Source of the DNA: a virus
Taxonomy: Duplodnaviria; Caudoviricetes
IMG/VR virus record: IMGVR_UViG_3300038443_001477
Span: 8,594-72,593 of that record
Length of the DNA: 64,000 nucleotides
Direction: 5' to 3' (one strand)
In this document: positions 60,425-64,000 of the stretch, in pieces
Layout of the letters: every line of letters starts with the position of its first letter
Position numbering within the stretch: the first letter of the stretch is position 1
Notes under the pieces: model-generated
What the model was told of the DNA's origin: nothing
What the model saw: the letters and a program-made list of their open reading frames with translations, nothing else
The model's database searches: none
Position numbers and translations under genes: made by a program

Positions 60425-61612
60425 ATGGCAACCGCTGCAAAGAAGAAAGCAGCGGCGAAGCCCGCCCCCGCCAAGAAGGCCCGGGGGCGGGCTTCCCTCG
60501 CTGAAGACGACACGCCGGTGCGCTCTTCGCGTCGGAGCCTGGAGGATGATGTCGAGGACCCCGAACTCGCGCAGCACGCCTCCAACTACTTCGCCAAGGT
60601 GGAGAGCGAGGACAAGGAGTTTGTCTCTACCGGGGCGGCTACGCTGAACTGCGCTGCCGGCGGCGGCTGGGTGCTTGGCCGCGTGGTGAATCTGGTCGGT
60701 GACAAGAGCGCCGGCAAAACGCTCCTGGCAATCGAGGCCTGTACCAACTTCCGCATCCAGTACCCGAAGGACCCGATCCGATACGCGGAGAGCGAGCACG
60801 CCTTCGACGAGCCCTACGCAGCCGCCCTCGGGCTGCCCGTGGAGTCGGTGGAGTTTGCCGAGAAGACCGACCCCGCCACTGGCAAGAAGCGCAGCGACGC
60901 GAAACCGATCCGCACGGTGGAGGACTGGTACAAGGACATGAAGGCCTTCCTCGACCGCTGCAAGGCCTCCAAGTCGAAGCGCGGACTCTACGTCATCGAC
61001 AGCCTGGATGCCCTGAGCGACGAGGCGGAGATGAAGCGCGAGATGGGCGAAGGCACCTTCGGGGTCAGCAAGCCCAAGCTCCTCGGCGAACTCTTCCGCA
61101 GGCTCATCGCGGACATGGATGAGTGCAAGGTGATGCTGATTGTCGTGAGCCAACTCAAGGACAAGATCGGAGTCACCTTCGGAGAGAAGCAGACGCGTGC
61201 CGGGGGCCGGGCCCTCGACTACTACGCGACGCATATCGTTTGGCTCGCGGACCTGGGCCAGATAAAGAAGACCGTGTCGGGAATCGAGCGCATGGTCGGC
61301 CGGAAGATCCGGGCGCGCTTCAAGAAGAACAAGGTCTCGCTGCCCTTCCGCGAGTGCGAGTACCCGATCATCTTCGGCTACGGCATCGACGACCTCACCA
61401 GCAACGCTGAATGGCTGATCGAGCACGGCCGCGAGGAGCTCCTCCGCGAGCACTGCGACATGAGCAAGAGCGGGTACGCGAAGCGGATCGAGAAGCTCCG
61501 CGACCTCGGGGGAGAGCCCGTGCGCATCGTCCGCGAGACGCTGCGCAAGCTGGTGTACCAGGAGTGGGAGAAGGTGGAGCGCTCCTTCCTCCCCAAGGCG
61601 AGGAAGTACTGA
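60425..61612 (+). CDS. recA: RecA/UvsX-like recombinase
   Basis: VSTG...GGGWVLGRVVNLVGDKSAGKT, VIDSLDAL, VSQLKDKIG and GGRALDYYA motifs. Confidence 0.92.
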   Translation: MATAAKKKAAAKPAPAKKARGRASLAEDDTPVRSSRRSLEDDVEDPELAQHASNYFAKVESEDKEFVSTGAATLNCAAGGGWVLGRVVNLVGDKSAGKTLLAIEACTNFRIQYPKDPIRYAESEHAFDEPYAAALGLPVESVEFAEKTDPATGKKRSDAKPIRTVEDWYKDMKAFLDRCKASKSKRGLYVIDSLDALSDEAEMKREMGEGTFGVSKPKLLGELFRRLIADMDECKVMLIVVSQLKDKIGVTFGEKQTRAGGRALDYYATHIVWLADLGQIKKTVSGIERMVGRKIRARFKKNKVSLPFRECEYPIIFGYGIDDLTSNAEWLIEHGREELLREHCDMSKSGYAKRIEKLRDLGGEPVRIVRETLRKLVYQEWEKVERSFLPKARKY

Positions 61613-61614
61613 CC

Positions 61615-61845
61615 ATGCCACCCGCCGACCAGAACCGCCTGCTCCTTTTCCTACAGGGCCGCGCCGCCTTCCTGAGACGAGAGCTCGCGGACCTCGTCGA
61701 GCGGGAGGCGTTGCTCCGCAAAGCCAAGATGTTCGCCAGCGCGGACGCCATGAAAGAAAGGGTCGCCAAGACCAGCCGCGAACTCAAGACCGCGGAGAAG
61801 AAGCTGAGCGCTCACGAGCGCAGCCACAAGAAAGGAGAGCTGTAA
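61615..61845 (+). CDS. Hypothetical coiled-coil protein
   Basis: Start MPPADQ at 61615; 76 aa. Confidence 0.5.
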   Translation: MPPADQNRLLLFLQGRAAFLRRELADLVEREALLRKAKMFASADAMKERVAKTSRELKTAEKKLSAHERSHKKGEL

Positions 61846-62132
61846 TGATCCCCCTGCATACCGCCAAGAACACGGTGCTCCAAGTCCAGCGCGAGGCCGA
61901 CGCCCGGGGCCTCCACATCAACGACTACGACGCCGGCCTCGCCCTCGATCTCGCCAAGGGCAGCGTGGAGACCGCGGTCGGAATCCTGGGCACCGGACTC
62001 TTCGTGGTCGCGGCTCGGGGCTTCGACTCCATCCGCAACATGCCACCGAAGTACAAGCGCAACAAGGGCAGCTTCCCCCGGAAGGGGGAGAAGCGCAGCA
62101 AACACGCGAATGCGATGAAGGCGGCCACGTGA
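61845..62132 (+). CDS. Hypothetical protein
   Basis: TAATG-coupled; 95 aa. Confidence 0.55.
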   Translation: MIPLHTAKNTVLQVQREADARGLHINDYDAGLALDLAKGSVETAVGILGTGLFVVAARGFDSIRNMPPKYKRNKGSFPRKGEKRSKHANAMKAAT

Positions 62133-62755
62133 TCCGGGCCATCGGTATCGACATGGCTTTTGCCAACGTGGGCCTTGCCCGCGTGCTGATTAATCCGGAG
62201 GGCCCCCTGGTCTCCATCGAGTGCCTTGACCTGCATCTCCTCCAGACCGAGCGCGGGGACCGCAAGGTGGTCAGGGCCAGCAGCGATGACCTGCGCCGCG
62301 CACAGGAACTCCACGCCGGCCTCCGGGCCTTTGTGCAGGATGCGCAGTTCGCCTTCGCCGAGGTCCCCAGCGGGGCCAAGGATGCGAACGCAGCGCGGCT
62401 CCTGGGCATGGCTACCGGGGTCCTGGCGGGGCTCCAGATTCCGGTAATCGAGGTATCCCCGATGGAGGTCAAGGAGGCCGTCACGGGGAAGCGCAGCCAG
62501 AAGGGCGTCCCGAAGCCGGTCATCATCGAGTGGGCGGCGAAGCGTTGGCCCGATGCCCCCTGGCTTCGCCATGCCCGCGCCGGCAAGGGCTACAAGCCCG
62601 GCGACCTCATGAACGACAACGAGCACCTCGCCGACGCGATGGCCGCGGTGCAGGCCGGGGTGCGCACTCCCGAATTCCAACGACTGATGGTGCTCCATGC
62701 AACTTCCAGCTCTTCTCGTCAGCGACCTCCATCTCGACGAATCCCCATCGACTGA
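62129..62755 (+). CDS. ruvC: RuvC-like Holliday junction resolvase
   Basis: AIGIDMAFANVG, FAEVP, EVSPMEVK and EHLADAMA acidic tetrad pattern. Confidence 0.82.
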   Translation: MIRAIGIDMAFANVGLARVLINPEGPLVSIECLDLHLLQTERGDRKVVRASSDDLRRAQELHAGLRAFVQDAQFAFAEVPSGAKDANAARLLGMATGVLAGLQIPVIEVSPMEVKEAVTGKRSQKGVPKPVIIEWAAKRWPDAPWLRHARAGKGYKPGDLMNDNEHLADAMAAVQAGVRTPEFQRLMVLHATSSSSRQRPPSRRIPID

Positions 62756-63725
62756 GTACCGCTGGGCGCTCTGGCCGTGGATGGCGAAGACCATCCGCGA
62801 GGAGAAGGCTAAGACACTTCTCATCTGCGGCGACCTCACCGACAAAAAAGACCGGCACCCCTCGGAGCTGGTGAACCGCACCGTGCGCGTGATCCGCGAC
62901 TTGCAGCGCGACTGCCCAGGCGTGGAGATTGTCATCCTCACCGGGAACCACGATTGGCTGAAGGGCGGCGAGGAGTACTTCCGCTTCCTGAACAGCCTGG
63001 AGGGCGTGCGCTTCATCACCGAGCCCCGGGAGGACGAGAAGGACGTGAAGGGGCCCTCGGCCCTTTTCTTGCCCTTCACGAAGAACCCGCTCAAGGACTG
63101 GGCCGGAATCGACTTCCAGCACTTTGACTACGTCTTCATGCACCAGACCGTCAAGGGCTCTATCACCTCCAACGGGCAGGCAATCGAGCGCGGCGACGAG
63201 CTCCCTAACCTCAGGGATGCCGGCAAAGTCTATAGCGGCGACATCCACGTCCCCCAGGTCATGAGCACGCCCTGGGGGAAGATCGAATACATCGGCAGCC
63301 CCTACCACGTGCACTTCGGCGACGACTTCCAGCCACGCGCCATCCTGCTAGAGAAAGGGGGCCGAGCCGTCGACCTCCACTTCAAGAGCATCCGCCGCGT
63401 GAGCGCGAAGGTGAAGGGGGTCGACGACCTCTGCATGTCGGCGATTTTCTGGGGGCCCGGTGACCAGGTCAAGGTCACCGTAAAGCTCACGGAGGCGGAG
63501 AAGCATGAGTGGTCACGCATCCGCCGGGAGTGCGGCGAGGTTCTGAAGCGGGCGAAAGTCGAAGTGCATGGCCTGAGCCTGGAGGTCGAGAAGAGTGAGC
63601 GCCGCACCCATAACGAGGTCGCGCGGACAAAGCACTCGCCGGAGCAGGCGGTGCTGTCCCATGTCGAAGCCGAGGCCCTGACCCCGGACGCCTTCGACGC
63701 AGCCATGGAGGTGATTGAGCAATGA
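62697..63725 (+). CDS. sbcD: SbcD/Mre11-like metallophosphoesterase nuclease
   Basis: SDLH, GDLTD, GNHD, HQT, SGDIH and YIGSPY motifs. Confidence 0.85.
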   Translation: MQLPALLVSDLHLDESPSTEYRWALWPWMAKTIREEKAKTLLICGDLTDKKDRHPSELVNRTVRVIRDLQRDCPGVEIVILTGNHDWLKGGEEYFRFLNSLEGVRFITEPREDEKDVKGPSALFLPFTKNPLKDWAGIDFQHFDYVFMHQTVKGSITSNGQAIERGDELPNLRDAGKVYSGDIHVPQVMSTPWGKIEYIGSPYHVHFGDDFQPRAILLEKGGRAVDLHFKSIRRVSAKVKGVDDLCMSAIFWGPGDQVKVTVKLTEAEKHEWSRIRRECGEVLKRAKVEVHGLSLEVEKSERRTHNEVARTKHSPEQAVLSHVEAEALTPDAFDAAMEVIEQ

Positions 63726-64000
63726 AACCGCTTCGGGAAAAAGAATTTGTCGTCGTGCCGGTCTCCGGTGGCAAGGATAGTCAAGTGGTCATCTCCCTCT
63801 CTGTCAAGGCTTACGGGGCTGAGAGGGTGATTGGTGTGCACCACTACACTGGCATCGACCACCCACTCACCTACGAGCACATGCGCTGGATGGAGAACTT
63901 CTACGGGGTGCCTATCGAGTTCACGAAAAACAAGAACTTCCGCGACATGTGGGAACTCCTGGATAAGAAAAACTCTATCCCGGGCCGGACTTCGCGCTTC
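63722..64000 (+). CDS. PAPS-reductase-like PP-loop protein (partial)
   Basis: VVPVSGGKDSQV, HHYTGIDHPLTYEH and IPGRTSRF at the window end. Confidence 0.75.
   Translation, partial: MKPLREKEFVVVPVSGGKDSQVVISLSVKAYGAERVIGVHHYTGIDHPLTYEHMRWMENFYGVPIEFTKNKNFRDMWELLDKKNSIPGRTSRF

Noticed and set aside
42156-63880. Long minus-strand ORFs opposite the replication genes (e.g. 49057-50325, 57557-58963, 59053-60585)
   Set aside because: Same shadow-ORF effect; the plus-strand genes have clear family motifs.
1-64000. Integrase, lysogeny module, endolysin, QueF/ArcS, reverse transcriptase/DGR or fibre invertase
   Set aside because: None is recognisable in this window; they may lie outside it. The only muralytic domain seen is the SLT in the tape measure.

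Overview
The window is almost a whole genome of a GC-rich, apparently lytic tailed phage with a contractile tail (myovirus-type). No integrase, CRISPR array or canonical tRNA is visible. The minus strand of 1-26.8 kb carries the virion module: tail fibre, baseplate, tape measure with a lytic transglycosylase, tube and sheath, neck, a DUF2184-type capsid, a DUF2213-type protease/scaffold, portal and terminase. Two receptor-binding-like cassettes, one with an SGNH esterase, sit inside the head module. The minus strand of 27-40.3 kb holds small early and accessory genes, structured non-coding segments and repeated promoter or leader elements. The plus strand from 40.5 kb is a self-contained replication and recombination module: DnaB, SNF2 helicase, primase, PolA with a UDG-like N-terminus, beta-clamp, clamp loader, SSB, RecA, RuvC and SbcD. 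A 7-deazaguanine DNA-modification pathway (folE, queD, queE, queC, dpdA) is split over three loci. The most promising novelty is around that pathway: two tiny coupled ORFs resembling the DpdA N-terminus, a Mom-like GNAT two genes after queE, a PAPS-reductase-like gene, and a shared C-terminal xxLF (clamp-binding-like) motif on DpdA and three replication enzymes. A sigma-region-2-like protein and a recurring (G/C)GTATAG(C/A)T intergenic motif suggest a phage-specific transcription programme. All family assignments come from motif recognition by eye; no database search was run.
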